Made by a program: the position numbers and the translations under genes. Positions 1 to 8,711 of a stretch of DNA of 64,000 nt are shown here, piece after piece. The DNA comes from an uncultured Methylococcaceae bacterium (GTDB lineage Bacteria; Pseudomonadota; Gammaproteobacteria; Methylococcales; Methylococcaceae). The number at the start of each line of letters is the position of its first letter. The stretch's first letter is position 1. The DNA is taken from the NCBI GenBank assembly GCA_903859815.1, contig CAIOOA010000303.1, positions 4,513 to 68,512 on the forward strand, given 5' to 3'. The notes beneath the pieces were generated by a model. It had not been told where the DNA came from. It saw nothing but the letters and a program-made list of their open reading frames with translations, and made no database searches.

Positions 1-236
1 TCCGGTGTTGTTTAGCGCATCCACCCCGGAAGAGCTTCAGCGCGAGCTTACAATTGGGTTACCCCCGGAACCAGCCGCCTATAAGCGGGCCGCTGGCCGA
101 AGGCTAGCTGACTTAAGCAGCTAGAGCGTAGTTGTCGTCGTTGGCAACTAAATGTTTGCAGATGGATTTACGAGGTATCCTGCACCTCGGCATGCACCTA
201 GGGTTTTGCGATCCACGTCGAAGCCATGTCGCCCCC
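1..236 (-). ncRNA. ssrA: tmRNA (SsrA), 5' portion; the 3' end runs off the left edge of the window
   Basis: The reverse complement of 113-145 reads GCC AAC GAC GAC AAC TAC GCT CTA GCT GCT TAA = ANDDNYALAA*, a canonical proteolysis tag. The reverse complement of 216-236 (GGGGGCGACATGGCTTCGACG) matches the conserved tmRNA 5' tRNA-like end. The intervening sequence (..AAACCCTAGGTGCATGCCGAGG..) parallels E. coli tmRNA. Confidence 0.88.
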
Positions 237-279
237 ATGTACTTTTTGACACTGTAACTTGGATTAAGTTTTCGGTAAT

Positions 280-364
280 TGGTGCGGATGGTCGGATTTG
301 AACCGACACGACTTACGTCACCACCCCCTCAAGATGGCGTGTCTACCAATTTCACCACATCCGC
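280..364 (-). tRNA. tRNA-Leu (anticodon GAG)
   Basis: 85-nt cloverleaf on the minus strand. Acceptor GCGGATG/CATCCGC followed by ACCA. Anticodon stem CCATC/GGTGG with loop TTGAGGG. Long variable arm and T-loop GGTTCAAATCC. It lies directly after secG, as in many gammaproteobacteria. Confidence 0.9.
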
Positions 365-374
365 AGTTTGACAG

Positions 375-749
375 TTATTTCCCACCGGGCAGGACAGGCG
401 GTTGATCGGGAAGATCGCTCTTGATAGGCGGAGCTACTGGCTGATTGCCTATTGGCGGGAGATCTGTCTTGACCTGTCCAGAAACTGGTGTATCCAGAAT
501 GTCTTGCCCCTTATTATCTTGCCTAGCGCCTAAATATGCAAGAAGTATGCTTGTCGAGAAAAACAGAATGGCAAGGATGGCAGTGCTACGGGACAAAAAA
601 GAGGCAGTGCCTCTCGCTCCAAATACCGTATTGGACGCTCCCCCACCAAAGCCCGCACCAGCATCGGCACCACGACCCTGCTGAAGCAATACCATACCGA
701 TAATTGCTATGGCAACGATGACATGTAAAATGGTAAGTACCTGAACCAT
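375..749 (-). CDS. secG: preprotein translocase subunit SecG
   Basis: 124 aa. N-terminus MVQVLTILHVIVAIAIIGMVLLQQGRGADAGAGFGGG is the conserved SecG signature. Second TM segment and Pro-rich tail present. Confidence 0.92.
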   Translation of the reverse strand: MVQVLTILHVIVAIAIIGMVLLQQGRGADAGAGFGGGASNTVFGARGTASFLSRSTAILAILFFSTSILLAYLGARQDNKGQDILDTPVSGQVKTDLPPIGNQPVAPPIKSDLPDQPPVLPGGK

Positions 750-756
750 ATGTCAC

Positions 757-1506
757 CTAGGCAGAATGACAAATTTTCAAGAATGAGTTGGCATCCAGCG
801 ATGCGCCCCCGATAAGGCCACCGTCTATATCAGGCATGGAGAACAAGGCTGCTGCATTGTCACCCTTTACGCTTCCCCCATAGAGAATTTGAATTTTTTC
901 CGCAACACTGGCATCAAGTTTTGCAATTTTGGCTCTGATCCAAGCATGAACTTCTTGAGCTTGCTCTGTAGAGGCGGTTTTGCCGGTTCCAATCGCCCAA
1001 ACCGGTTCATAAGCTATGACTGCTTTGGTCAAAGAAGCGACACCAGAAGAATTAAGAACGGCATCAAGCTGTTCGCCAATGACTTCAAATGTACGATCAG
1101 ATTCACGCTCTTCAAGTGTTTCACCGATGCACAAGATAGGAACAAGTCCATGCTGGATGGCTTTCGCATAGCGAGCGGCTACCAATGCACTAGATTCACC
1201 ATAAACCATACGCCGCTCTGAGTGTCCGACGATAGCCAGAGCGCACCCTAGTTCCAATAACATTGGCGCAGAAATCTCACCCGTGAATGCTCCCTCGTCT
1301 TGGTCGGCTACATTCTGTGAGCCAAGAAGCACGGAGGAACCCTTCAGCAACTCGCTCGCATCAGGAAGATGAACGTAAGGTGGGCAAACGCCTACGTCAA
1401 CATTGGCGAGTTGGCCCAAACCTGCCAAAATTTCACCCAGAAGCGCGCGCGTCTTGTCACGGCTACCATTCATTTTCCAATTACCAACCACTAAGGAACG
1501 ACGCAT
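757..1506 (-). CDS. tpiA: triosephosphate isomerase
   Basis: 249 aa with NWKMNG, VGHSERR, AYEPVWAIGTG and GGSVK/GGASL motifs. Confidence 0.95.
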   Translation of the reverse strand: MRRSLVVGNWKMNGSRDKTRALLGEILAGLGQLANVDVGVCPPYVHLPDASELLKGSSVLLGSQNVADQDEGAFTGEISAPMLLELGCALAIVGHSERRMVYGESSALVAARYAKAIQHGLVPILCIGETLEERESDRTFEVIGEQLDAVLNSSGVASLTKAVIAYEPVWAIGTGKTASTEQAQEVHAWIRAKIAKLDASVAEKIQILYGGSVKGDNAAALFSMPDIDGGLIGGASLDANSFLKICHSA

Positions 1507-1644
1507 TTCATGCTCTCCACGAAATAAAAGTCTTCATTTTAAGCAATTCATGTGATTAAATCAACATTGACATTTTTTTTGTATTTTGCTTCTTAACATC
1601 TACAACAAATAAATTTCTGATCATTTTTAAGTATCGACACTTCA

Positions 1645-2607
1645 ATGCTTAACGCCATATATCGTAGGGTAGGAAAACATTTGGCTCCACAAGGCGAGAG
1701 ATCACGCTTGAGCGTATTAATTTATCATCGAGTTCTAAAGGAAGAAGACCCACTTTTTCCAAATGAAGTGACCGCTGACTCCTTCGACAAACAGCTTGCA
1801 GAATTAGGTAAAGTTTTCAATATTTTACCACTTGAAGAAGCAATAATGAGATTAAAATGCAACGACCTTCCCACGTGTCCAGCATGTATAACTTTTGATG
1901 ATGGTTATGCCGATAACGTATCAATTGCATTGCCGATACTAAAAAAATATAATTTTCATGCTACTTTCTTCATTGCCACCTCCTATTTAGACGGTGGTCG
2001 AATGTTTAACGATACCATTATACACGCCATCCGTATGGCAAACAAAACTTATGCCGATCTTACTCAATTTGGTCTGCAAAAATATAAAATTGAAACCTTT
2101 GAAGATAAAACCCATGCCATAAACTCTATATTAAAATATGTCAAATACCTTTCTGTGTTTGAACGAGAGAATATAGCTAACAAAATTACTGAAAAGTTGA
2201 CAGATATAGAACCTCCGAAAGACTTGATGATGAGTTCTGAGCAAGTCAAAGAGTTAACTAGATTTGGCATGGGCGTAGGCGGTCACACGGCTCACCATCC
2301 TATATTGGCAAAACTAAATTCAAATGAGGTTAGGCAAGAAATTGAGGAAGGTAGAGAATATTTGGAGTCAGTGCTAGGTGAAAAGATTAAACTTTTTGCT
2401 TACCCCAATGGAAAGCCGGGAGTTGATTACCTTCCAGAACAATCCGATATTTTACGAAAAATGAATTTTTTAGCTGCATTTTCTACGCAATGGGGTGTAG
2501 CACATAGAAATAGTGACATTTTCCAAGTACCTAGATTTACCCCTTATACAAAAAAATTAGCGCATTTTACGCCAATGTTGATACGAAATTTAACGCATAA
2601 ACAATAA
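1645..2607 (+). CDS. polysaccharide deacetylase (NodB-type) family protein
   Basis: 320 aa. NodB motifs ITFDDGYADN and GGHTAHHP. First gene of an AT-rich block. Confidence 0.75.
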   Translation: MLNAIYRRVGKHLAPQGERSRLSVLIYHRVLKEEDPLFPNEVTADSFDKQLAELGKVFNILPLEEAIMRLKCNDLPTCPACITFDDGYADNVSIALPILKKYNFHATFFIATSYLDGGRMFNDTIIHAIRMANKTYADLTQFGLQKYKIETFEDKTHAINSILKYVKYLSVFERENIANKITEKLTDIEPPKDLMMSSEQVKELTRFGMGVGGHTAHHPILAKLNSNEVRQEIEEGREYLESVLGEKIKLFAYPNGKPGVDYLPEQSDILRKMNFLAAFSTQWGVAHRNSDIFQVPRFTPYTKKLAHFTPMLIRNLTHKQ

Positions 2608-2815
2608 GCTAAGGGTAACAGTTTTATTCGTCAAATGATGGTTATAGTTTTATGCGATGATCCAGTTTAATTTCCTTTATAAGTAGTAATGAAGTTAGTC
2701 TAATCTTGCCATGTTGCTCTGGTTAGAGCTTGACAGCTTTTATGTTTAATGTGATAATTTAATTGTTTATTATTATTTTTTGATTTCGAGAATTTTATAT
2801 AAAAGAACACTAAAC

Positions 2816-3067
2816 ATGATGACTAAAGATATCGTAAAGCAAATTATAATAAAGAACCTTAATCTCAGTGATCGTGTAGGCGAATTAACCATGTCAAGTC
2901 AACTTCTTGGTGCAATACCTGAACTGGATTCCATGGCTGTCGTGAGTATAATCACTGCCTTGGAAGATAGTTTTGGCTTTTCGGTGTACGATGATGAAAT
3001 CAGTTCAGAAAATTTCAAGAGCTTAGGAACTTTAGTTGATTTCGTGGAAAATAAATTGAATGAGTGA
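2816..3067 (+). CDS. acyl carrier protein-like (phosphopantetheine-binding)
   Basis: Small acidic protein with an attachment-type motif ELDSMAVVSII. The ATG at 2816 is preferred over the TTG at 2780 used in the ORF track. It overlaps the next gene by 8 bp. Confidence 0.7.
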   Translation: MMTKDIVKQIIIKNLNLSDRVGELTMSSQLLGAIPELDSMAVVSIITALEDSFGFSVYDDEISSENFKSLGTLVDFVENKLNE

Positions 3068-3896
3068 TGCCAGTCTATTTAGTATAGAGCCATTTTTTTT
3101 ACCACTTGGTTCCGAGTATATATTTTGTAATTTTATAACTCCAATAACTCGAAACCCAAAAGCTTGTGTTTTATACTTACACCCTTTCGCTGAGGAAATG
3201 CATAAATCACGCCGTATGGCGGCGCTTCAGGCACGCAAATTTGCAAGTCAAGGATACGCCGTACTTCAAATAGATTTAATGGGGTGTGGCGATAGCTCAG
3301 CGGATTTTGAAGATGCAAGCTGGGACATATGGAAAGAGTGTGCGAAAATAGGTGTTTGTTGGTTAACAAATAAGATGGATCTACCAATAATTTTGTGGGG
3401 TTTGAGATTAGGGGGACTGTTGGCGGTAGAAGTGTCTCGCCAACTTCCTAGGATTTCGGGATTGATTCTTTGGCAGCCAACAACCAATGGCGAAAATTTT
3501 ATCAACCAATTTTTACGGATTAGAATAGCAAGTGAAATGCTTGCACCAAATCAATTAAATATAGGAATAAAGCAGTTACGAGAAAAACTCAACTCAGGTG
3601 AATCGGTTGAAGTAGGTGGCTACTCATTATCATCGAAAATGGCACTTGCAATCGATAAATTACGTATAATGGATACAATGATTACTTGTGAGGTATTCTG
3701 GTTTGAATTATCAAATATTAATGCCACTACAATATCACCAGCAAGCATAAAAGTTATAGATTATTGGAAGAGTTTAGGAACTAAAGTACATGAATATAGT
3801 ATAAAGGGAGATTATTTTTGGCTAAGCCAAGAAATTCAGGAATGCCATGATTTATTAGATCAAACACAGAAAGCAATTCTCAAATTAGTCCCATGA
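3060..3896 (+). CDS. alpha/beta-hydrolase-fold protein, resembles exosortase-A-system-associated hydrolase 2
   Basis: 278 aa. LHPFAEEMHKSRRM...LQIDLMGCGDS pattern, with GLRLGG at the expected nucleophile elbow. 4-bp overlap with the next gene. The family name is recalled from memory of the TIGRFAM hydr2_PEP family and not verified. Confidence 0.6.
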   Translation: MSDASLFSIEPFFLPLGSEYIFCNFITPITRNPKACVLYLHPFAEEMHKSRRMAALQARKFASQGYAVLQIDLMGCGDSSADFEDASWDIWKECAKIGVCWLTNKMDLPIILWGLRLGGLLAVEVSRQLPRISGLILWQPTTNGENFINQFLRIRIASEMLAPNQLNIGIKQLREKLNSGESVEVGGYSLSSKMALAIDKLRIMDTMITCEVFWFELSNINATTISPASIKVIDYWKSLGTKVHEYSIKGDYFWLSQEIQECHDLLDQTQKAILKLVP

Positions 3897-4768
3897 AGTT
3901 TCACGAAAAGCCAATTATATTTGAATGTAAGGCCATGAGGTTAATTGGTATAATAACTTTATGTGAAAAGCCATCTAACGTCGCAGTTCTGATAGTTGTA
4001 GGTGGACCTCAGTATCGTTCAGGAAGCCATAGACAATTTACAATTCTTGCCAGACATCTAGCTATGAATGGAATCTCATCACTTCGTTTTGATCATCGAG
4101 GGATGGGAGACAGTGAAGGTAGTCCGAGAAGATTTACAGAATTGAATGATGATATAAGATTGGCCATAGATAATCTAATTAGCTCTTTAGAGAATATCAA
4201 TAGGATTTTCATTTGGGGTCTCTGTGATGCTGCATCTGCAATTTTATATTATGCCCATACCGATCCTAGAATCAACGGAATTATTTTATTGAATCCGTGG
4301 GTGCATACAGAAATAGGCGCCGAAAGAGCAAGATTAAAACATTACTACTTTTCACGTCTTGTGCAAAAATCATTTTGGTCAAAATTATGGTCTGGAGAAG
4401 TCAATATAATAGATTCAATGAAGGAAATATACTCAACAATTAATAACATGATATTAACCAAAATTTTGTCGGATAATCAGAAAATATTAATTACTGAATG
4501 TGATGATAAGCTTACATTTATTGATGACATGCTAATAGGCTTGAAACACTTTAAAGGAAAAGCTTTAGTCGTTTTAAGTGGTAACGATCTGGTTTCACAA
4601 GAGTTTCAGCAATTGATTGAGCATAATAAAGATTGGAGAAAACCTTTCACATCCTCAAGAATAGAAAAAGTTATGGTTAAAGATGCCAACCACACTTTTT
4701 CTAATAAACTATGGCGGAACCAGGTAAATGATTTGACAGTTAAATGGATAAATAAACAAATTAATTAA
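3893..4768 (+). CDS. alpha/beta-hydrolase-fold protein, resembles exosortase-A-system-associated hydrolase 1
   Basis: 291 aa. VGGPQYRSGSHRQF...LRFDHRGMGDSEG pattern, with the elbow reading GLCDAAS. The family name is recalled (hydr1_PEP) and not verified. Confidence 0.6.
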   Translation: MKFHEKPIIFECKAMRLIGIITLCEKPSNVAVLIVVGGPQYRSGSHRQFTILARHLAMNGISSLRFDHRGMGDSEGSPRRFTELNDDIRLAIDNLISSLENINRIFIWGLCDAASAILYYAHTDPRINGIILLNPWVHTEIGAERARLKHYYFSRLVQKSFWSKLWSGEVNIIDSMKEIYSTINNMILTKILSDNQKILITECDDKLTFIDDMLIGLKHFKGKALVVLSGNDLVSQEFQQLIEHNKDWRKPFTSSRIEKVMVKDANHTFSNKLWRNQVNDLTVKWINKQIN

Positions 4769-4794
4769 TACAACAACAATTGTTTTTCATAATT

Positions 4795-6045
4795 ATGGAA
4801 AAAAAAGTTTTAATGATTGCATTTCACTTTCCTCCTCTGAAAGGGAGTAGTGGAATTCAGCGTACTTTGAAATTTTGCCAATATTTACCAAACCGAGGAT
4901 GGAATCCAATAGTATTAAGTGCAAATGAAAGAGCTTACGAAGCTGTTAGCCAAGAACAAATTAAGGATATACCTCCTAATATTGTTGTGAAGCGTGCATT
5001 TGCCTTAGATACTAAGAAGCATCTATCGATAAAGGGACGCTATCCCATTTATTTGGTTTTACCTGATAGATGGTTTACTTGGTTTTTTGGTGGTGTTATC
5101 CAAGGGTATATTTTAGTCCATAGACACAAGCCATCTATTCTCTGGTCTACCTACCCAATTGCAACTGCGCATTTAATTGGATATGCGTTACACCGGATTA
5201 CTGGAATTCCTTGGGTTGCTGATTTACGTGACCCTATGGCTCAAGACGGTTATCCAGAAAACCCATTGCAATGGAAATTTTTTAAATGGATAGAAGATAG
5301 AATAGCTAAGTATGCATCAGCAGTGTGCTTTACAAGTCCAAACGCACTTGAAGAGTTCATGACCAAACATTCTATTGTTCTTGATAAATCAAAATTACAA
5401 TTAATAGAAAATGGATATGATGAAGAATCCTTTCAGGAGGCTTTGCAATATCTAAAGCTTAACCCACCTAACCTTAATAAGCCAACTACTTTATTACATA
5501 GTGGTATAATTTATCCATCTGAAAGAGATCCTGAGCCATTTTTCAAGGCAGTCTCAACATTAAAGAAAAATGGTAAACTTAATAGTAATATAATCAATAT
5601 TATTTTAAGGGCTACTAACCATGATGATATGCTTAATGGTCTGATAAGCTCATACGATATTAAAGATATTGTTATCTTAGCCCCACCCCTACCCTATATT
5701 GAAGCGTTAGCTGAGATGCTATGCGCAGATGGACTAATTTTATTTCAGGCCGCTAACTGTAATTATCAGATACCCGCAAAATTATATGAATATCTACGTA
5801 CTGGACGCCCCATTCTCGGGTTGACTGATGAAGAAGGAGATACAGCTTTAATATTGAAAAGGTTTCCAATAAATATGATATGCAATATAGCTTCTAGCAA
5901 AGAAATTGAATCAACATTATTTAAGTTTATTAGACAACTTAAAGACTTTTCTCCAATTTCTGATATGGCCTTTGAGCTTTCTCAATACTCACGACAACAA
6001 AAAACCTATGCTTTAGCAAATTTATTTGACAGAGTTATAAAATGA
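4795..6045 (+). CDS. glycosyltransferase (GT-B/GT4-like)
   Basis: About 416 aa from the ATG at 4795 (the ORF track starts at the TTG at 4780). N-terminal MIAFHFPPLKGSSGIQR and C-terminal PAKLYEYLRTGRPILG region typical of GT-B enzymes. Confidence 0.65.
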   Translation: MEKKVLMIAFHFPPLKGSSGIQRTLKFCQYLPNRGWNPIVLSANERAYEAVSQEQIKDIPPNIVVKRAFALDTKKHLSIKGRYPIYLVLPDRWFTWFFGGVIQGYILVHRHKPSILWSTYPIATAHLIGYALHRITGIPWVADLRDPMAQDGYPENPLQWKFFKWIEDRIAKYASAVCFTSPNALEEFMTKHSIVLDKSKLQLIENGYDEESFQEALQYLKLNPPNLNKPTTLLHSGIIYPSERDPEPFFKAVSTLKKNGKLNSNIINIILRATNHDDMLNGLISSYDIKDIVILAPPLPYIEALAEMLCADGLILFQAANCNYQIPAKLYEYLRTGRPILGLTDEEGDTALILKRFPINMICNIASSKEIESTLFKFIRQLKDFSPISDMAFELSQYSRQQKTYALANLFDRVIK

Positions 6046-6698
6046 TAAAGTATTTATGCCTTTTGATTAGTATTCTGTTTGGTATAACATATCAAACCTG
6101 TTATGCTGCAACCTTGGAATGTCCAAACGCAAGAGGAAGTACAAATGGCGGCCATTCAGGACAGTTTGGCCCTTTCGACTATAGAGACCCTGCTAATAGG
6201 ATTGGGCCATCTAGTCCACTGCATGTTGTAGAGATATATCATTTTACTACAGGTGTTGCAACATTGACCAAAGGGGAATCAAGTAGTGTCACTGGCGATC
6301 TTAGCTATACACTTAGAGCATTTCCAAACCATCACAGGGCTTTGCAATCCTTGGCAGATTTGGGCATTCAAGCCAAACGAATAAATGTTGGCGACCTACC
6401 TTACTCAATCCCGTGTTTTTTTATTAGAGCAAAAAACTATTCACCAACAGATGGTATGGTAGATGCCGTCTATGCGTATTATTTAGCCAATATGAATCAA
6501 AAAGATTTAGCTCGTATTGAAGCTGATCTGGCAATCAAAAAGGCAGATAATAATCCAAGAGTCTACTATGACTCTGGACTTGCATATTATTATATTGGAG
6601 ACTATAAAAAAGCAAAGGAATGTTCGGAAATGGCCAAAAAATTAGGGTCAACTGCTGTTGGTCTTGATACACTCTTATCGAAGGTTAATGTTAAATAA
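6042..6698 (+). CDS. secreted conserved hypothetical protein with TPR-like C-terminus
   Basis: 218 aa. Signal peptide MIKYLCLLISILFGITYQTCYA. C-terminal helical repeat (YYDSGLAYYYIGDYKKAKE). 4-bp overlap with the glycosyltransferase gene. Confidence 0.5.
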   Translation: MIKYLCLLISILFGITYQTCYAATLECPNARGSTNGGHSGQFGPFDYRDPANRIGPSSPLHVVEIYHFTTGVATLTKGESSSVTGDLSYTLRAFPNHHRALQSLADLGIQAKRINVGDLPYSIPCFFIRAKNYSPTDGMVDAVYAYYLANMNQKDLARIEADLAIKKADNNPRVYYDSGLAYYYIGDYKKAKECSEMAKKLGSTAVGLDTLLSKVNVK

Positions 6699-6893
6699 TT
6701 TATAGATAGCATAAATAACCAGCATTAATAACTAATAAATAGTAATACTCTAAAAACAATAAGCTAACTTGAAAATCAATTAATATATGTTTCCTTTTCC
6801 ATGTAGAGTGTATTTTTTATGGATACAAGGCTTAGATTATAAACTCATTTCTATCTAAGGAATCGAGATTTGCAATTTGTTATCTCTCAGAGT

Positions 6894-7346
6894 ATGCCTA
6901 TGCATTCCCGTATATACATTAGGAAGTGCATGATCATTCTATTATTCTCAATTCAACTTATAACTAGTAGCACGGCATTTTGTGAAGAAGTCGTTGTTGC
7001 TGTACATAAAGGTACTTCTGTAATTTCACCAATTTCACGGTACACATTATCTGCCATATTTGGAATGCGGTCGACAACGTGGACAGATGGAACAGCAATA
7101 AAGGTTTTTGTATTGCCTGATGATAGTCATTTACATTCACTTTTTTGCAAGCAAATCCTACATATATTTCCTCATCAACTTCGAACTGCTTGGGACAGAT
7201 TGGTTTACTCTGGAACAGGTCAAGCACCTATTGTTTTAGGTTCTGAGCAAGAAATGCAAGCACGTATAGCAAGCACACCTGGGGCGATAGGTTATTTACC
7301 AAAGGAAACGTTTGATGAAAATATTACCATATTACCTGTGGAATAG
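6894..7346 (+). CDS. small periplasmic substrate-binding-like (PstS/PBP-like) protein
   Basis: About 150 aa. Signal-like N-terminus. The core ...TLSAIFGMRSTTWTDGTAIKVFVLPDDS...PGAIGYLP resembles a phosphate-binding-protein-like half domain. The ATG at 6894 is preferred over the TTG at 6870. Confidence 0.55.
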   Translation: MPMHSRIYIRKCMIILLFSIQLITSSTAFCEEVVVAVHKGTSVISPISRYTLSAIFGMRSTTWTDGTAIKVFVLPDDSHLHSLFCKQILHIFPHQLRTAWDRLVYSGTGQAPIVLGSEQEMQARIASTPGAIGYLPKETFDENITILPVE

Positions 7347-7401
7347 TACGTTTCCTCCTTTAGTAAGTAACTTCGCATACTGCGAGAGATGTAGAAAACC
7401 T

Positions 7402-8685
7402 ATGTCGCTTAGTTTTAAGAAGTATTTTTTCAAGCGATTTATTATCTATATTATCCTTTTTTTGTTTAGTTTAACAACCAATGCGTTCGAACTTTTCGAC
7501 AGCGTACAAGTTCATGGTTTTGCTTCGCAGACTATGTTTATGACCTCTGGCAATAACATGTTTGGCCCTAGCATCCGAAATCCTAGCTTTGCATTTACAG
7601 AACTTGGAATTAATGGTTCTTGGTCACCTTTACCAAACTTGCGACTATCCATGCAACTTCTTTCGAGACGGGCTGGTGATTGGCATGATGGTTCACCGGT
7701 AATTGATTTCGGACTGTTTGATTATAGTTTCGAGTTTGACGGCGATTATCGTTTAGGCGTTCGAGCGGGTCGAGTTCGTCAACCCTACGGACTCTATAAT
7801 GATACTCGCGACGTTGCATTCACTAGACCCAGCATACTTTTACCACAATCAATATACCTAGAAGGCACTAGAGACTTCACTATCTCAGCAGATGGTGTCA
7901 TGATCTATGGCGAATCGAGAAAACCTTGGGGAAATTTGACCTTAGAATTATTCGGTGGATATGCCCGCACCAATGATACGGACACACAATTCTCATTTTT
8001 ATATGCAAATTATAATGGATCATTGGAGCCTAACCCATCATTTGTAGGAAGACTAAATTATGAAACCTATGATGGCAGTTTGAGACTCGCTTTGTCTGGT
8101 GCGTATACATCTATGACTTACAATCCAAGTAATGCACCCTTACCCCAACCATCAAAAGGATCAATATCCTTTAATCCTATCGTTCTATCAGCACAATATA
8201 ATACTGAAAATTGGACATTCTCTAGTGAATATCAAATGAACTACTTTCAAAGGTCAGGTTTGGATAACCCATTGTATGCAACCACTCAAGGTCTCGATTT
8301 TGATTTGTTTGGACAAAGTTATTATTTCCAGGCTGCATATCGTTTTGCTCCAAAATGGGAATTGATGGCTCGTTATGATGCAATGTATCCTAATAGCCAA
8401 GACATAAGTGGCAAAACCACCGAATTTACTTCATTAACTCAGAGTGCATTGGCTCAAAACCCTTTCTATTACATACCTGCTTATAGCCAGTATGCAAAAA
8501 CTTGGACAGTTGGTTTACGCTATGATATTTCCCCTTGGATGATGGTGAGGGCTGAGTACAATTATGTAAATGGAACAGCTTGGCTCCCAGCGGAAGGATA
8601 TCTTGGGCCTGACGGTAATCAAGATTTTTCTAAAACAGTAAAATACTGGGATATGTTTGGTTTTCTTGTTTCTCTTCGGTTTTAA
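7402..8685 (+). CDS. outer-membrane beta-barrel (porin-like) protein
   Basis: Signal peptide (KRFIIYIILFLFSLTTNAFE) after the internal Met at 7402. Alternating aromatic/polar strands. C-terminal ...FLVSLRF ending in Phe, as in OMPs. Confidence 0.6.
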   Translation: MSLSFKKYFFKRFIIYIILFLFSLTTNAFELFDSVQVHGFASQTMFMTSGNNMFGPSIRNPSFAFTELGINGSWSPLPNLRLSMQLLSRRAGDWHDGSPVIDFGLFDYSFEFDGDYRLGVRAGRVRQPYGLYNDTRDVAFTRPSILLPQSIYLEGTRDFTISADGVMIYGESRKPWGNLTLELFGGYARTNDTDTQFSFLYANYNGSLEPNPSFVGRLNYETYDGSLRLALSGAYTSMTYNPSNAPLPQPSKGSISFNPIVLSAQYNTENWTFSSEYQMNYFQRSGLDNPLYATTQGLDFDLFGQSYYFQAAYRFAPKWELMARYDAMYPNSQDISGKTTEFTSLTQSALAQNPFYYIPAYSQYAKTWTVGLRYDISPWMMVRAEYNYVNGTAWLPAEGYLGPDGNQDFSKTVKYWDMFGFLVSLRF

Positions 8686-8711
8686 GAATAATCATATAAA
8701 GATAAAATTCT

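Noticed and set aside
445-684. 79-aa plus-strand ORF.
   Set aside because: It is antisense to secG, which is strongly supported.
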